Assembly: GCA_965153455.1 (NCBI GenBank)
Contig: OZ234493.1
Span: 15,552,213-15,616,212 of the forward strand
Length of the DNA: 64,000 nucleotides
DNA from: Sphagnum compactum
Lineage: Eukaryota
Direction of reading: 5' to 3'
The position numbers and the translations under genes are program-made. Each line of letters starts with the position of its first letter. Positions within the stretch are counted from its first letter, which is position 1. Positions 46,901 through 61,826 of the stretch are shown here, piece by piece. The notes below the pieces were generated by a model. The model was not told where the DNA came from, searched no databases, and saw nothing but the letters and a program-made list of their open reading frames with translations.

Positions 46901-49900
46901 ACAAGTGCTTGAAGCAGAGGGTTTTGTTGCTTCCTATGTTCAGGTGCATTTCTCCCCTGCTTACTTAAAGTGGGCCAAATGGTCACAGGCCTGCTCTTCC
47001 ATTTTCTTGAGATATTGCTTGCCTATCCTATGTCTGCTTGCCTATTTCTGTTGATGCTTCAGGGCTTCCACAATTCCAAATCTACCTAGTGAAATTATTT
47101 CTTCTTTCTACATCTGTGATGCTTCAGAAGGTTGTATTCTTGCTACCTTTAGTGTGCTGAAGGAAGGGCACATCCAAGGCCCAATACAAAGGTACATGGT
47201 TCATTCAATGAAACCTTGTCGATGATCCATGCTTGCTCCTTTGGGTTTGCATGAAGTCACCATTCTGACTTGTATAGTTATTTTCTGGATGCAGATCAGG
47301 GGTTCCATTCCAGTTTTGTGGGAGCAGATTGTGGACCTGACATACAAGCCAAAGATCAAGGCCATTAACTATGAAGATACGGTATGATGCTTGACAGGGT
47401 GGGATCTGGTGAAGTAATATTCTTATTAGTTCCACACATTCAGGAGAAGTGAAAATTAGCATCCCTGTAGTTGAGCCACACTTTGCATTCACATCTAATG
47501 GCCTAGAAATCAATTGTCCAGCAACCTGGAATACAAAATATGATGGGACTTAGATTCATGAGTGACCGATATGGTGCCTTTTAACTGTCCTGGGCCCGAA
47601 GACAGGCTCTTTCCTCCAACAAAAAGATTTTCTTTTAGCCTCGATTCCCAATATAGCTGTTCAGAGATAGGTCAGGGCACATTCTTGTGTGTGAGTGAGA
47701 GCTGTGTGGGGTTCACACATTACTTCTGGTATTTGCCCCATGAGAAGGCATCAGCAGAACTGATTGGTATAACAGGTGCATATGGCACTTGCATAGGGTG
47801 TTTTGAGTACAGGGCATTGTTAGTTAATGGGAGATTCATATTGCACTTTATGATTGCTTGTTTGGTGAAAAGGTCTTCTGGTGTAACCCAGGATCATATG
47901 GAGCTAACCCTGAACTGTTTGAAGATCTCTGGTTTTTGTCATCCTGGTCCGGACTCTGCTAGTTTATTTGATGGCTGTAGCCCCAAAGGTCGTTTTGTAA
48001 CTTTGGGTAGTGGTATTGCTGCATGAAATTCAGCCCTTGGTGGTGGAGCGACACTTTCGGGATTTGCAACAGCGCTATGGTGATGTTTTGGCAATTGACC
48101 TTATCAACCAGGTGTATATTCTGCTGTCACTGTTTCAAATGATCCACCCATGAATCACCCCCCTTCAATTGGAGCACCACTGTCCAATTCATATCAGTGA
48201 AAATGTAGGGCGCTGCTTCCTTTTAAATTTTTTGGAGGTCAAGACATTAAAGACTCTGACAGAATCATTTTGTGTGGTTGCAGCAAGGCAGTGAGGCTGT
48301 ATTAAGCATAGCCTATGGCAGTGCTATGCAAAAGCTCGTGAATGACTCCTTAAGGTGAGAATCACATTGTGAGTAGGCCTCTTTGTGCCTTAGGCTTAAA
48401 TGCTTGCTTTACAGGAGTGAGCTAAGATGAAATGAAGCTTACAGTCATGTTTTGCTTGAATGAGGATGCTATTGATTTTTTTATTGACTATGACTCTTGA
48501 GTGTTAGTTGATGCCATCACTGATTCTTCCCATTGCTTCCAGACATCTGATGAAATGAATGCATGTTTTTGTATGTTTTTATGCCATAAAATTTGAGTAG
48601 ATCATTGTACACATCATCTACCCCTGATCTTAGGAGCTGGTGAAATCAGTGTGGAGTAATGGCAGCTAATTACTGCCATTCATGAGGAAGGTGATGGTCT
48701 GATACTTTGTGAGTGGCACTCTCAAGGTTATGACCATACTCATTCTTAACACAACAGATACCTTCAAAGTGTTTTTGTGGAGTTTTCTCTGTGTTCTGAA
48801 TAGATATGTGATAAAGTTGTTTGGTCCATGTTCTTACCTGTTGGGCTTTGGTTCTTTCATTAACTTTAGGTACATCGCATTCGATTTCCATCGCATTTGT
48901 GGCCACATTCACTTTGAGCGCTTGTCCAGTTTATACAATGATATCAAGGAGGATTTAGACAAGCAAGGGTAAGTCAAAAACTTCAAAACCCTAATGATAT
49001 GGCAAGGACATACATGATGATACTGAATATCCTTTCCAACTTTGCACTGCTTTAGCAACTATCACTCTTCCAGTAGATACTTGATATGCATTATATGCCC
49101 TGATCTGTGATATATTTATACAACTGGTTTTTTTTATTGATTGTAAGTTCATGGCATTTCTTTGGTCAGGTATTATTTGGTCGATGCAGAGGGGAAGATT
49201 TTGGAAAAGCAGAAGGGAGTTGTTCGAACAAATTGCATTGACTGTTTGGATCGCACCAATGTTACACAGGTAGTATGCTGTCTCATAACCACACTATTCT
49301 ATAATGTACACAGCCACAGGGAGAGAGGACATTGAAGTTGGGGATTTTGAAGACCGAGTGTCTGAGTTGGAACAGACCTTGTATTCCATCCAAAAACATC
49401 ACTTCAGATGACCTTATGTCATAGATTGGGTTGCTGAGGTCATTTTCTGTAATATGTTATCACCTTGGAGTTGATTTGATCGTGGTGGTGCAGAGTTTGT
49501 TAGGCCGGAAGGCACTGGAGGTGCAACTGCTACGAATTGGTGTTTTTGAGGCCTCTGAGTGTATTCAACCCCAGGATCAGCTGGATGAGAAATTCAAACT
49601 CTGTGAGTTCTGCACAGATCTTGTGGGAGTCTTGCAAATATTTATGCATGCTCACAGTTTGTAACATTTTTACTCCTCGGCAATAACAGCCTAGAACTTA
49701 TTTGGAGGATACACAAGAGTAAATCAGTTTTCTCTATTCTTTCCAATAATAACTGGAAAATTACTGTGCTTGCTGACAGAATTGCTGAATATTATTGTCC
49801 ACAAGATTTTGCTCATGCATTATTGTTGCTTAGGTGTAATAGATCCAGTCCAGTCCTTATGGAGAAAGCTATTATCAACAGTGTGTCCCTGCACTCCTTC

Positions 49901-51363
49901 CTTAAACATCTGTCTTACATCTGCCTGTTGGTCCTTTCAGCTGGTTGTGTCCTCTGATGGTCTTTCCATTGTCCATCCCTTTGGAAAGGCCCCTCCATTA
50001 TCATGTTTTTGTGCCTAGACATATATGTCCTTGATGCTAGATATAACAGTCATGTAAGTCAGTAGGGCCTGTGTAGTCCTCGGGGAAATATTTGGGCAGC
50101 CATAGAGCCTAAATTATGAATCTATGAACAAAAAGGCATTAGCACAAAGGAGAAGGAATTGTGCAGTTTAGATTGTCTGCAGACAAAATTGTCACTTTCC
50201 ATCCATTGAAATGTTTTGTTGGAACTACTCTTTGGCTCACAGTTGTTCAGATTTAGAAACTCCCTTTAGCATGGAATGGTCCTTGTTCATCTCCTTTGTT
50301 TTTTCCAGGTTTTGGTTGAGTCATTATTTTTTCAAACAAGCATTTGTCAATGCAACTATCAAATAAGATTGGGCGAGGACTGGGGATGGCCTTGAATTAG
50401 GACTGGAACTTAACTTGGTTGTGGGTGTGGAGCAGTGTGGGCTGATCATGGTGATGAGATCAGCATTCAGTACTCTGGTACACAGGCTTTGAAGGGTGAC
50501 TTTGTCAGGTGCCTTGTTTCATTGCCAATACTAGCAGAGTAGCTCCTGAACATGTGGCTTATTTTCAACTAGCCACTTATAGTTCTGTACTTGTAATTCT
50601 GCACCCTCTTTCCTTTTAGTGATGCAATTTGGCTGGCCATAGGTATGGAAGGAGGACTGTACAGGGACTTCTTCAGGATGGGTTCAATTCCCTTGCTCGG
50701 TATTACTACAATAATTTCCAAGATGGTATCAGACAGGTAGGTCAACAGTTGGAGTCATGGACAAGATTGTTGACATGCCTCATTGTGGTTTCGATATGTC
50801 ACTTCTAATGATATCAGTTGTATCACATGTAGAGGGCTTTTTGTTCCAAAACAGGGCACTCACTGGAATGTATGTTTAGGATGCCATGGATCTTGTTGCG
50901 GGTCATTACATAGTGAGCCGAGGCACCCCTTCACCTTTCCAGTTGAATGGATTTGAATCCTTAGCGGTAAGCATCTCCCTCTTACCTGTATTTGGTCGTT
51001 ATGCACTTCTACTTAGAGGTATGTGCTTTCTTGACTTGTAGTGGGGAATTAACAAACACTTTCTGTGCCGTGCTGCAGTATCTTCCAGGGGCTTCAGCTT
51101 TGATCATTGCAGGGGTATACTTGACCTCCCACTCCTTCCGACAAGGTAAGGTTGTCAATAACCTTTAGTCTTCTCATGAAGCTCTGGATTATGGGTCAAC
51201 ATTGTTCTCATAAAATCTCTTGTGGGGTTATGCAGGGGGTGAGGATGCATACCAGTATTTGTACTCAGTGGTGCTGGCAGGCATTACTGCTGCCTTCACA
51301 GCATTGGTGCGAAGTAATGGTCGCCAGTTCTGTAACCGACCTCGGCTTTGCAGGCTATATTAA
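43998..51363 (+). CDS. SAC8: SAC1-domain phosphoinositide phosphatase, SAC8-like; multi-exon
   Basis: [27 protein letters not shown] start; [45 protein letters not shown]; catalytic [15 protein letters not shown] (~49225-49269); [26 protein letters not shown]; ends [15 protein letters not shown] like plant SAC8. Confidence 0.95.
46298..46467 (+). other. U12-type (minor spliceosome) AT-AC intron in SAC8
   Basis: 5' ATATCCTCTT, branch-like CCTTGAC ~10 nt before the terminal AC; splicing restores VIQG-S-FQTIQ in frame. Confidence 0.9.
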
Positions 51364-53773
51364 TTATTCGCACATTGATTATTTGCTGACACTGCATCAT
51401 GGCTGTGAGTAAATTGGCAGTTGCTGCGCAACATAGTATGGATTCATCCTGCCAAAATGTGTGCTTCCATCATTCTAGTGTTTATCACTTGTAAAGCTCT
51501 GCAGCCAATTGATGTTTCAGCAGCTTGAACTGCATTAGAGTGCTTCTGCACTTCTCATAATTTGTCAGTGGTTTTCAATCCGCTTTTGATATTCACCCTT
51601 TCTATTTGTGTCTTATATGAATGTCAGCATGTGGGAAATCTCATTCCTGTGTTCATTCTGTGAGAACATAAGCATTTTAAATAATCATGTTGCCAGGTTT
51701 GGCACTGATGCTTCGGTTGTAAGACAGTTTCTCATTTTCAAAAGGTTGATTTTCCCTCTATGTGCCCAGTGTTTAGGGTGAGACCAAAAAGCCACTAAGT
51801 ATTGTAAGGTGGATTAGGTGCACTAGGTATTTGTAAGGTGCATTTGTTTTGTGCAAGTAGTTTTGACCTGAAATTCTATGATTGATTAGTAAAAGGTGTA
51901 GCATAACAACTGTAATGTGAGGAGGGATCAATCAATTCCCTCCTCATATTATGATTGTTATTGTAATCCTGGGTATTTGAAACTTTGTTATGTTCTGAAA
52001 GATCTGATGAGATTTGAAGTTGGATGTGGAGATGAAGAGTCTTCTTGGTTGGGTGTATTGGTGGGTCATACAAAACCATTATCATGTGTGCATGTAAAAT
52101 TTACTACACACAAAACCTTAATCTTGGTCTGTGATATATAGCTGGTATGTTCTTTCAAATTTAGGAATATTTTTTACAGCAATTTGTAAAGGTTGAGCAA
52201 GTATGAAGAGGATCTAGGGCAATTCTATTCTATTTAAATCATTGAAATTTGGAGCAAAAAATTCTTCATTTTATGGTCATTTGAATCATTAAACTTTGGA
52301 GCCAAAAGTTTTCATTTTATGGTCATTTGAAGAATGTCTTTTGTATCATTTCCACCTCCACTTTTTTTTTTGGTTGCCACAGGATGGGAAAATTGCGCCG
52401 CCCCCCCCCCCCCCCCAAAAAGAAGCACTGGATTCATCACCCCATACACTGTTTTTTTAATTATTTCTTAATTATTATTAGAAAAGTGGAGAATTTTTTC
52501 CTGAAGAAAACACATTCTACACTGAAAAAGCATGTTTTTTCAAAAAAAAAAATAATTCACAAAAAGAACTTCACAAATTAGGTAACCAAAAATTAACCAC
52601 CGAATAAATCACTGCCCTTTTTGCATGGCAAAAGAGGTCCCACATTACTCATTAAAATTTGGAGTCAAAAGCTCTTCACTTTAGGATCCCGGATAGTTTT
52701 TCATTGACATTGACATGTTTTATTTTTTGTGGCAATTTTTTTTTTGGATACATAAGCCGCAAAATTTTGCCATTAATAATTTCTGTGCAGCTTAGCAATG
52801 TGATGTGAATGGTTGTGTCAAAACAATCCACAAATTTGAACCCTATAATGTGATTTGGCTAGATCAGTAAGTTACAAGAACAAAAGTGAATGAATTTGTG
52901 CTCGATTTGCTTAAGACCATATGACACTTCCTTCCAACATAAATTGTTATTTAGATGAACCAACATATCACAACCGCACTATGATGCATTGAATCTAGAT
53001 AATTGTGCCAAAAAAATTACTTACATAAGTATTATGTAAGGAAGATGCAAGGAACGTGAATACTTAGTCATCCAAAGTTATTTGTAGAAGCAATTTCATG
53101 AACCCTTGATATTTCATTTACATACTGATGTAGATTAAAGGATAATATTCAATCTTGGGTTTTGCAAAATTGCTTTTTGTGAATGGACTAAAACTCAATC
53201 ACTTGACCAGGAATACTAGAAACAAAATTACACAAGTGATTTTCCCCATGTTACACATGAGTACCATAGATTGTAGGATCACTGAGGTTATGGGCTATGA
53301 CAAGCAGACCATCTCAGAATTGCATGAAAATATAGATTGAGGTACTCTTACTCTGAGCTATCTAATAAAACTTGTGACTAGTGTATGTTGGTAAGATGTA
53401 CCTTCTGACAGTACAATTCTTCCAACATAAAGCATTCGCATATGCATCTGCATCGGGGAAGCTATTTCACATGTCATCACACGGATTCAGTAAAACCTGG
53501 GCTAGGAGCTCACAGTGTTGGACCCTCATCCTTAGGTTTCAGAAAGTTAAATCTGATGAAAAAGGCAGACCAAGACAGAAGCTGCGTAGACATGACAGTA
53601 TAGACCAGAACTGTAGTCATGCAATATGTGCTGTAATCTTGATGTACAACACAATGGACCTTTTTTGCAGGCTTTATTGGAACATATGAACATGCCTAAG
53701 AGCCTAATCTACTTCAATTGCACATCATCATCTTGTTGGCAAAGAATCATTGCCAGAAAGAGATAGATTAAAG

Positions 53774-56700
53774 TCATGTTGGGACACCACTTTGTTGTTT
53801 GAACACAGACTCATCCTCAGACAGTGGCACTTTCATGCCCACCTTCTGCTCCCCTGATACTTTCTCAGAGGTGTTTCCTTGTGGACCTGGTTGATGCTTT
53901 TCTACAAACTTGGGAGGGAAGATAGTTTGCAGATATCGCAAAATCAGCTCAAAGCTTGTGAAAGTGATAACAGCTGAAGGGGTGGTTCTCATCAAGTTTG
54001 TGGCACAACCTCGATAGAATCCTGCGATTCCTTCTTCCAATGATATTTTTTTAATGCAATCTAACACACCTGTGTATCGAAGTGCGACCATCTTAGAATG
54101 TCCTTGTTCTTGCAGCCTTGAGCGCACCACCTGTTACAATGCTCGGTATTGCAGGAAAAAAAGGAAAGATTTACTTTAGAAGACATCAAGAAGAACAGCC
54201 CACAAATATCCAAGTACTATTACTCTTGGTGAATTGCAACAATAATTACAGTCCGCATAGACTAAATCATTCTCGAACAAAGCTGATTGAAATTCCCTAT
54301 ACCTCATGTGGATAGGTGAGAGTGGACGCAATGATCTTTGAAACTGAAGAGGCAATCGCCACATTGCGTGGACTCAATTTGTCCACAGTTGTTCCCTCTG
54401 ACAGCAAAGCACAAACCAAATTTTGAGCCATAAAGTTCACAAATAAGACCATATCATCCCATATATCATGGTGTAGAGATGCTGACACAACAAGAAAATA
54501 AAGGATAAAATGCTCTGCCTGCAGTCTGAAACAAGCACCCAACTCAACCCCAGTATGAAAGTATCCATGATTTTAACCAACCTCAACAGTAATGCTAGAA
54601 ATCCATGTGAAAGTATATCTTCAAAAAGATCTGACCTACCAATCCCAACAACCTTCTACAGTGTTCAGGCATAATTTGCCAATGCAAGCACATTCAGGTC
54701 CCAGTCTTCCCAGATGTCATGGAGGATGCATACTTTACCTCTCTCTGCAAGATAATCCTTCAAGTTTTCATAAACTGGAAACTGAATTGCCACATGGCTA
54801 ATCCCTGCTAAGGCCGGCACCAGTCCACTGATCGCAACCACACCATGGACTGTCATTGATACATGGCAATCATGAAGACTTGAAATACAAATCCACTTCT
54901 ATGGAAACTGTGCAAGGATTATATTGGTTGTGCAATAAAATGCCCAATCCTCAAACATGAGACTGCATTGATGATGGCTAGTTCCTAGAAAGGCCAACAC
55001 CTGCTCACTAATCACCACTCCCTTTTTTCCACTGATAGGTGGCAGCAGTTATAGGATGTTGATACTTCTATCTAATTGCAAACGCTGTGCAAGGACATGC
55101 AAGGAAGAATGCTGCTGTAGCACCAACATTAGGGATATGACCTCTCCTTAAAAGGTTTATAACCACAAGAGAGCAGGGGCAAAGTCTTGGCCAAGATTTT
55201 GCCACTGATAGGCAGTTAGCTCGGCAAGGTTGGATGAACCCTAGCTACAAGGGGTAGTGCTAAATTACTATCCTCCTCTGGATGCAAGAGACAATACTTT
55301 ATGCAGCCATACAAACAATTGCCCTACTGATGTTGCATGGATGAGAATCATTCTACTTTAATCTGTGTGTTCCTTTGACAGGGTTGAGACTGACCTGTAT
55401 AGCCCTCGAACACCCTCCTCATGAAAAATACGATGAAGAGCTGAGAATGTGCTCTTATATGGCACCAAGTCTGGTCTCAATCTCTGTGTCTGTGCCATAG
55501 CCCAATACATTCTGTTCAGTTAGTCCAATGACAACTTACACATTTGGGTTTGGTCAACATCCCCAACAATAACACTCTGATGAGGAACTCAGTCTTGACT
55601 TCTTACAACCAGAACACTGCACATCTAAACTGATACTGGAGGAAAGAAAATGGCACAAGGTGTACATCCTTGAGCTTCAACAAGACATTCCAAATGCTCA
55701 GCAGGTAGCATACAAAACCAATACTTGTTCATATTAATTACTAAATACACCTGCAGGCACCTGAGCCTTCCAGTTAGTCTAAATAGAACAAGAGGAGCTT
55801 GAGGAAGATGAAAGGAAAAGGGGGATGGGGGTTGGGGGTGTTGTGTGTTGTTTCTAGGGTGGGGGATAGGAATCTGTCTCTAAAATTAAAGATGTGAAAC
55901 TAACCTGAAGTCGAGTTTTGACAACCCACAATGGGTTAGTAACAAGACTGGTTGCTGCCCCAGCCCCCGCAGCTGCCAACACATTGGCACCTAAACCCAT
56001 TCTGTGATGAATATAATGCTCTCCATGTACTACTGCACCCAGAATTTACTATTTAAAATTAGTGTTTGCTCCCATACATCAAAACACTGCATGGAAGTCT
56101 GTCAAGTTCTTTGTATAAGACTTCAACCTAATATAAAAAATTAAAGCTTCAGCATAATACAAAAGCATCAGCAATCCTCAACACTGGTGATAGCAATAAA
56201 CATAAGTAGTGACTGCAAACCATGGGGCCTGCCCAATTACCTTCCAAAGTCACAAGAAAACAGAAGCTTTTTGACAGAAGATGCGAAACTGAGACAAGCA
56301 AAGCTGAAGGCATGAAATCTCACGATCTTCATGAGGTTGTTCTGACTGCAGCAATCTCTTGAGATGCTCATACACCGTGAAATATACCTACACATGGAGT
56401 GAACATAAATACAGTAAGCACTTCATCACTGTTTTTATGACTTCAGAGTTTGAATTACACAGCATGAACTGTTGGTTAATAACCCACAGCATTAATGAAA
56501 AGTAGTGAGCAACCTCCAGGGCAGCCTGTCATGGCATTTCTGGTAAATGGAGGGAAGCTGGTCCGTGGAAACAGATACACCTTAAAATGATGCTTAAAAT
56601 TATCTGCCTAGGGTTGGAAGGTGTTCAGGCCACCAATCTTCAAGTCCTCACCAAAGATCACAAATTGAGGGTCTATTCTTGTGTATATTTGTTCAACACT

Positions 56701-58308
56701 GACACAATTAATGCGTCCTGGTGCAGAGCCAGCTCAACATTAATGAGTCTTCCATTTGAGGGTTGAGAAAAACAGGAGAGAGAGAGAGAGAGATACCGCC
56801 CAATTTGGAAGCAAAGCAACCATGGTTGGAGACAACCCACGATATAGGCCCCTAATACCCTCCTCCTTGAAAATCTGCCCCAAACTACCCAGAATGACCC
56901 CCCCTGGAAAGACAAACACAATCAACCGATAGCATCAGATGGTAAACATCACATTATCTTTCCACAGAAGAATCTTGCTATCAGCATCATGCCTGTCAGT
57001 TTAAAGACATGTTTACCTTCAAAGTTGCATGGAAGAAGTAAATCCTTATGAGACTACAATTTAGCTCATGGATTTACAAACCTCCAGCATGATCAAAGTT
57101 CACATCAACATATCTTCTGAGAACAAAGGACAGGTACGACTATTGCATACCAATATGTGCTTGTGACTGTACAACAACAGCATGATCATATTGGGGCTCC
57201 CTTTTGACATTGTCAGTCACCTCACTGTTGATTTGGATAGAAAGTCAGCAATTCCTTTCTACAAACTCCACAAGGATAAAAACAGAAATGCCACAATTTT
57301 GTCACAAGACAAGGAGGTTACCTTTTGTACCAATAGTGGCCTTGACTGGCATCCGATGCACCTGTAAGCGGGTCTTAACAACATCAAGTGGACACACAAA
57401 AGTTGCCGCAATTGCTCCTGCATTTTAAAAAAAATGAACACTGCAAGTAAGCACTCCCTTTTGTATGTCCTGCATACCACCTTCTTGTGTAGGACTTCTT
57501 TTTCATTACAAATTCAGATGCATCCCAGATAGAGTTTAAACATTCCAAAATCACAATGTCAAAACCCTAGCCACTCTGAATGAGTGCTTGCATCAGGAAA
57601 CCAATTAGGGTTGAGTTTCCACATGAGGAAAAGGACTGCAAGATTGTGGAGGCAAACATTTGAGGAAGAGAGCCATTTGGCAAGCTTTACTCAAATCTCT
57701 CCCTCTCTCTATAACAAGCAGAACCCCTTGCAACTCGCTGAAGCTCAGTTATCCATTCAAGATGTGCAGCATTTCAGCACCAATGTTTTTTCCCTGCAGC
57801 TCAACAGTTAGTACTAGCTCCAGTTCGCAATGAGAGCACCATGTTTGACATCAGAAAACCAGAAACCCCGTCACAAAGCAGGCCCGGGAATTTTCCTGTG
57901 GAATTTTATTTTCATTGTTGTTGTGTTTGTTTACCAGTGCACAAAGTATACCTTGGCCAAATTCTCAAATTCAATACAAAGACTGCGAGATTGTCCGCCC
58001 TAGTCACGAAACACTGAAAGCTCCGCTTTTATTATGCTCAAAACCAAGAAACAAACCATGCATTTTTCTCTCTCGTCCACAACTGTCTCTCTGGGACCCG
58101 GAAAACTCTAGAACAAACAGGCATTCGGCTTGTCTGTGTGCTGTGTGCGTGCACACACAACAGAAACCAGCCAGAAACCAGCGGCAGCCACAACAACAAC
58201 AACAAAAGCAAAGATCGATGGAGTGGGATGAAGATAAGGAGGAGGAAACAAACCTGCACCAGCACCTGCAGCAGCGTCAAAGAGCTTGGATCGTTGCTCC
58301 TCCGGCAT
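53774..58308 (-). CDS. NDT1: Mitochondrial carrier family NAD+ transporter (NDT1/NDT2-like); 9 coding exons
   Basis: [98 protein letters not shown] and [24 protein letters not shown]: three carrier signature repeats with NDT-typical residues. Confidence 0.93.
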
Positions 58309-58398
58309 ATCGAGAGCTCCCTCGGCCCGAAAGCCAGCGAACAGCTATGGACTAGAAAAACAGTGCAACGCAGCAACGGCCTGTTGCTCAATTTTCTC

Positions 58399-58454
58399 CT
58401 ACATATTATTCTTCATGGTCGTCTTCTGCCACTCTCCATGCTGTTGTTGCCCAT
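58399..58454 (-). promoter_or_regulatory. Two overlapping uORFs in the NDT 5' leader
   Basis: 58454-58413 MGNNSMESGRRRP* overlaps via ATGA with 58416-58399 MKNNM*; they lie between a GA-rich TSS-like region (~58560) and the main ATG at 58308. Confidence 0.6.
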
Positions 58455-59468
58455 TCGCGTATCCCTCGCGCACAGAAGCAGAAAATGCGGAACCGGATTG
58501 TTCTTGCATACTAGTGTCGTGCGTGTGCGCTCTCTCTCTCTCTCTCTCTCTCGCTCTCGCTCGCGCGCGTGGGGACTGGGCCGGGCTGGTGAAAGGGGGT
58601 CTTTCCATGTGCGTTGGGAACTTGACGGGCTTTGTGGGATTCCCGGTGACACCCCGATGCTTGACCCGACCCGGCCCGTTCCCGGGCGCAGCGAAATAAG
58701 GCGCCTTGCGTGGGCGTTATCCGGACGTAAAGTGTTGGCTGTTTTTTATACCGTTTTTTAATACGGTTTTATATAGGGCACCTTGAGTGCATGCCCCTTA
58801 GTAGGCCTAAGGTACCTTCACACCTAGAATGTAGATTTAAGGTGTCTTTGTGTAAGGTAACTCCCTTGGAGAGGGGAGTCCCCCAACCCTAAACCCACCC
58901 CCAATCCGCGGGGTAACTCCATGAGAGAGTTACTTGGCCTTAAGCCCCGGGTACCCTCACAAAGTAGCTCCATAAGTAGGCTATGGTTGCATGTATATGG
59001 ACTATGGTTGCAACTAGGTAGGCCGTGGTCACAAAGCGTTGTTTGGATTGTTGTCATGGGTACAAAGAGGGGTCTAGTCCACTCCCCCTTAGTACTCATT
59101 TCTATCTTCCATGGAACCATTGGACCCTAGTTTGTACCCATACTATGGATGGGTGCTTGACGACAAACCAAAACACCCAACAATGGGCCAAAATGCCTAA
59201 TGATAAATCAAAATGGCCTTGTGCTTTTTGTGTACGGTGGTGGTAAGGCCCTACGATGTGGGCTTTCATGCAATAGTAAGGGGTCTAGGATGAGGTAGTG
59301 GATGAGTTTGGCCTTGCATCCATCCCAATAATATTGCACTTGGTAAAATTTCTCCATGCACTTCAAGTTGGCATGCAAACCTTTAGACACACATATTGAA
59401 ATTTTATATAATCATACTATGCATATACTTCTACACTTGAAGCCCCAAAATTCAATTGAAAAGACAAC

Positions 59469-59752
59469 TTACTTCATTCTATTGGATTTATTTCATTTCC
59501 TTCTTGCTTTGGGATGGCATGTCCTATACACAAACATGTCCACCTATACCCATATATTATGAGTTACTTCATTCTATTGGATTTCATTTCCTTCTTGCTT
59601 TGGGATGGCATGTCCTATACCCAAACATGTCCACCTACACCCATATATTATGAGTTACTTCATTCTATTGGATTTCATTTCCTTCTTGCTTTGGGATGGC
59701 ATGTCCTATACACAAACATGTCCACCTATACCCATATATTATGAGTTACTTC
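59469..59752. repeat. Tandem repeat 91 bp x3, near identical
   Basis: TTACTTCATTCTATTGGATTTCATTTCCTTCTTGCTTTGGGATGGCATGTCCTATAC.CAAACATGTCCACCTA.ACCCATATATTATGAG repeated three times. Confidence 0.95.
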
Positions 59753-61615
59753 TATCTACATGTAGAGGAAGGATAACCTCGATTATTGATTAAAACTAAG
59801 AGGTTAAGAAACACAATGACACATGTCAAAATTGGTCTCACTTTTGTGGAAAAATCAAACTAGAAAATAATATTTTTGTAGAGCTAAAAAGGGTGTATGT
59901 TTGAAATCAACGAGACCAAAGTTTAGACTCTAGACGAATAACACCAAAAGTCCCATGTGGAGGTGGTGTGAACTTGTAGGCAATTGAAATGAGAGGCCCA
60001 AGCATATATATATGTGGTACACGTCTTTGTTGAATTTTAAAATGGTCTCTCAACCTCAAACTCCTCATTTTTCATTTTTCTGATTGAAGTCAAGCGCACG
60101 GGTCTTTACTCATCTTTGTATATTAATTAGATGGGGATTGCACCCACAATTTCTTTAAATAATTTATTCTAAATGAGCCACATTGATTGGCCCATCCCCA
60201 ATTAATCTTGAACATCAGGCACTCCTCAAGATAGAAGCCTAGATATGTTCCCTCCCCAAAATAGGTGCTTCAATTTGGGACGGTCTTTACAATTTATATA
60301 TGGAAGTTGAAATGTGCCCGAACAATATGAGATAAAATTGAGGCTCTATTGAGAACCTATTGGGAACATTTGCAAAACCCTTTTGATAACTTGATGAGAA
60401 CACATTGGGAACATACAAAAACAAAAAAATCCCACGACCCCCAAAACCCAAATGAAAGAAAAAGCCACACCCCAAGTGCACGTTGAGCCTTCTCATTGGA
60501 CGCCTGAAGTTTCTAATTCCAAAATTGTTTGTCATCATTCCAACATGGGCTAATACCTCCATTATAAACTTGAGGGTACTTAACATGGAGTCGTTGTTCT
60601 AAGGGTTATGAGTGGGTTCTTCAAATTACATGGTTATTGTTTTTATTTGAGAACGAATTCCTTACCAATACAAAGGATTGGAAGGGCGCATGCATTTTGC
60701 TTTCATGTCTTTGTAAGCATACATGTAAAAGACCAAACATGAACCACCCAATAAGCATTTTCAATGTTGAGTTTGAAATCTGAGTCTTGTTCAATTTCCA
60801 ATGACAAAAACTATTCAAAATTCATTATCTCCCACACCTTAGGTTTCAAATCATCTTCATTAAATCATCCTCATATATCAAGGGCTTTTCCAACAATGCT
60901 AGGAGTGCCCAAATTCCTCTATAAATTGTAATCTTAATTTAAATGAATTTTTGGTGAGAAAATTGCTCAATATTTAATAACTTCTCCAAAATAAGTTGAA
61001 ACATTATGAAATCAACTTAGTGCACCCCTATTTATTGAGGGCTTTTCAACGGTACCAAGAGCACAAAACAAGAGACGATGTGGTTTGAGAGATCTCATCG
61101 TGACAAACAAAACATACGAACTACTTTCCTTAATAAATAAACTAAATTGTGTAGCCAAAGGAGAGGTATCATAGTAACATTACCATTTCGACAATAGATT
61201 GTCGAATAATTAATTAAAATTTTAAATCTTAACCTTTGACACTTAATTTTTTATTTCTGAAAGTTTCAGCAGGTAATGGTTATAGATAATAATAAATGCA
61301 ATTTATTTAGCTTTAATGGTGAAAAGATTTGAGAAACCATCAAAACATGGAATTTTGGGGAATTCATTTTTTTAAAGTGTAAAATTGACTAATTGTTTTC
61401 TCCTTTTTTGTTTTGGAAAAAAATACCCAATTTTCTGTATCACAAAGTTGATTTAAATTATTATATTTCATATTGATTTTTTTATAAAAAAATAAAAACC
61501 AAACCAAACCAAACCATGGCTGGAGCCATAAGTTTGGAAGTCAAAATAAACCAGATAACTCTTATTACTTCCGTTGTGGGAATTTTCCTTTTGACATGAG
61601 GAGCCATTAGCGAAT

Positions 61616-61826
61616 TTGTAAGGGCGCCCAAAGAAACCAGCTGACCCTTGTAAGGGCCCTTAGAGAAATCTTGTAAGGGCCCCCTCAAAGAAACAGCCAA
61701 CCCTTACTTGAATCGTGCGCTTTCTTTGCCATGACGAGGAGGGGTCCTTAGAGAAAGCTTGTAAGGGCCCCCAAAGAACGCCGTGCCGTGCTCGGATAGG
61801 CGCCGCGTCCGAGCTCCAAACCCTAA
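61616..61826 (+). promoter_or_regulatory. VHA-F promoter: four TTGTAAGGGC(C/G)C motifs plus telo-box
   Basis: Motifs at ~61616, 61648, 61671 and 61759; AAACCCTAA at 61818-61826. Confidence 0.55.

Noticed and set aside
47562-48026. 154-aa plus-strand ORF in a SAC8 intron
   Set aside because: Starts at a non-ATG codon, has no recognisable similarity and is not needed for the SAC8 reading frame.
49027-49035. Perfect U12 donor word ATATCCTTT inside a SAC8 intron
   Set aside because: No matching U12 branch site or acceptor nearby, the flanking exons join by GT-AG, and a 9-mer is expected by chance in a window this size.
58780-61200. Patchwork of probable dispersed repeats between NDT and VHA-F (similarly ~7020-7230 and ~13440-14160)
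   Set aside because: They look like lineage-specific repeats, but no TIR/TSD pair or coding remnant could be shown from this window alone.
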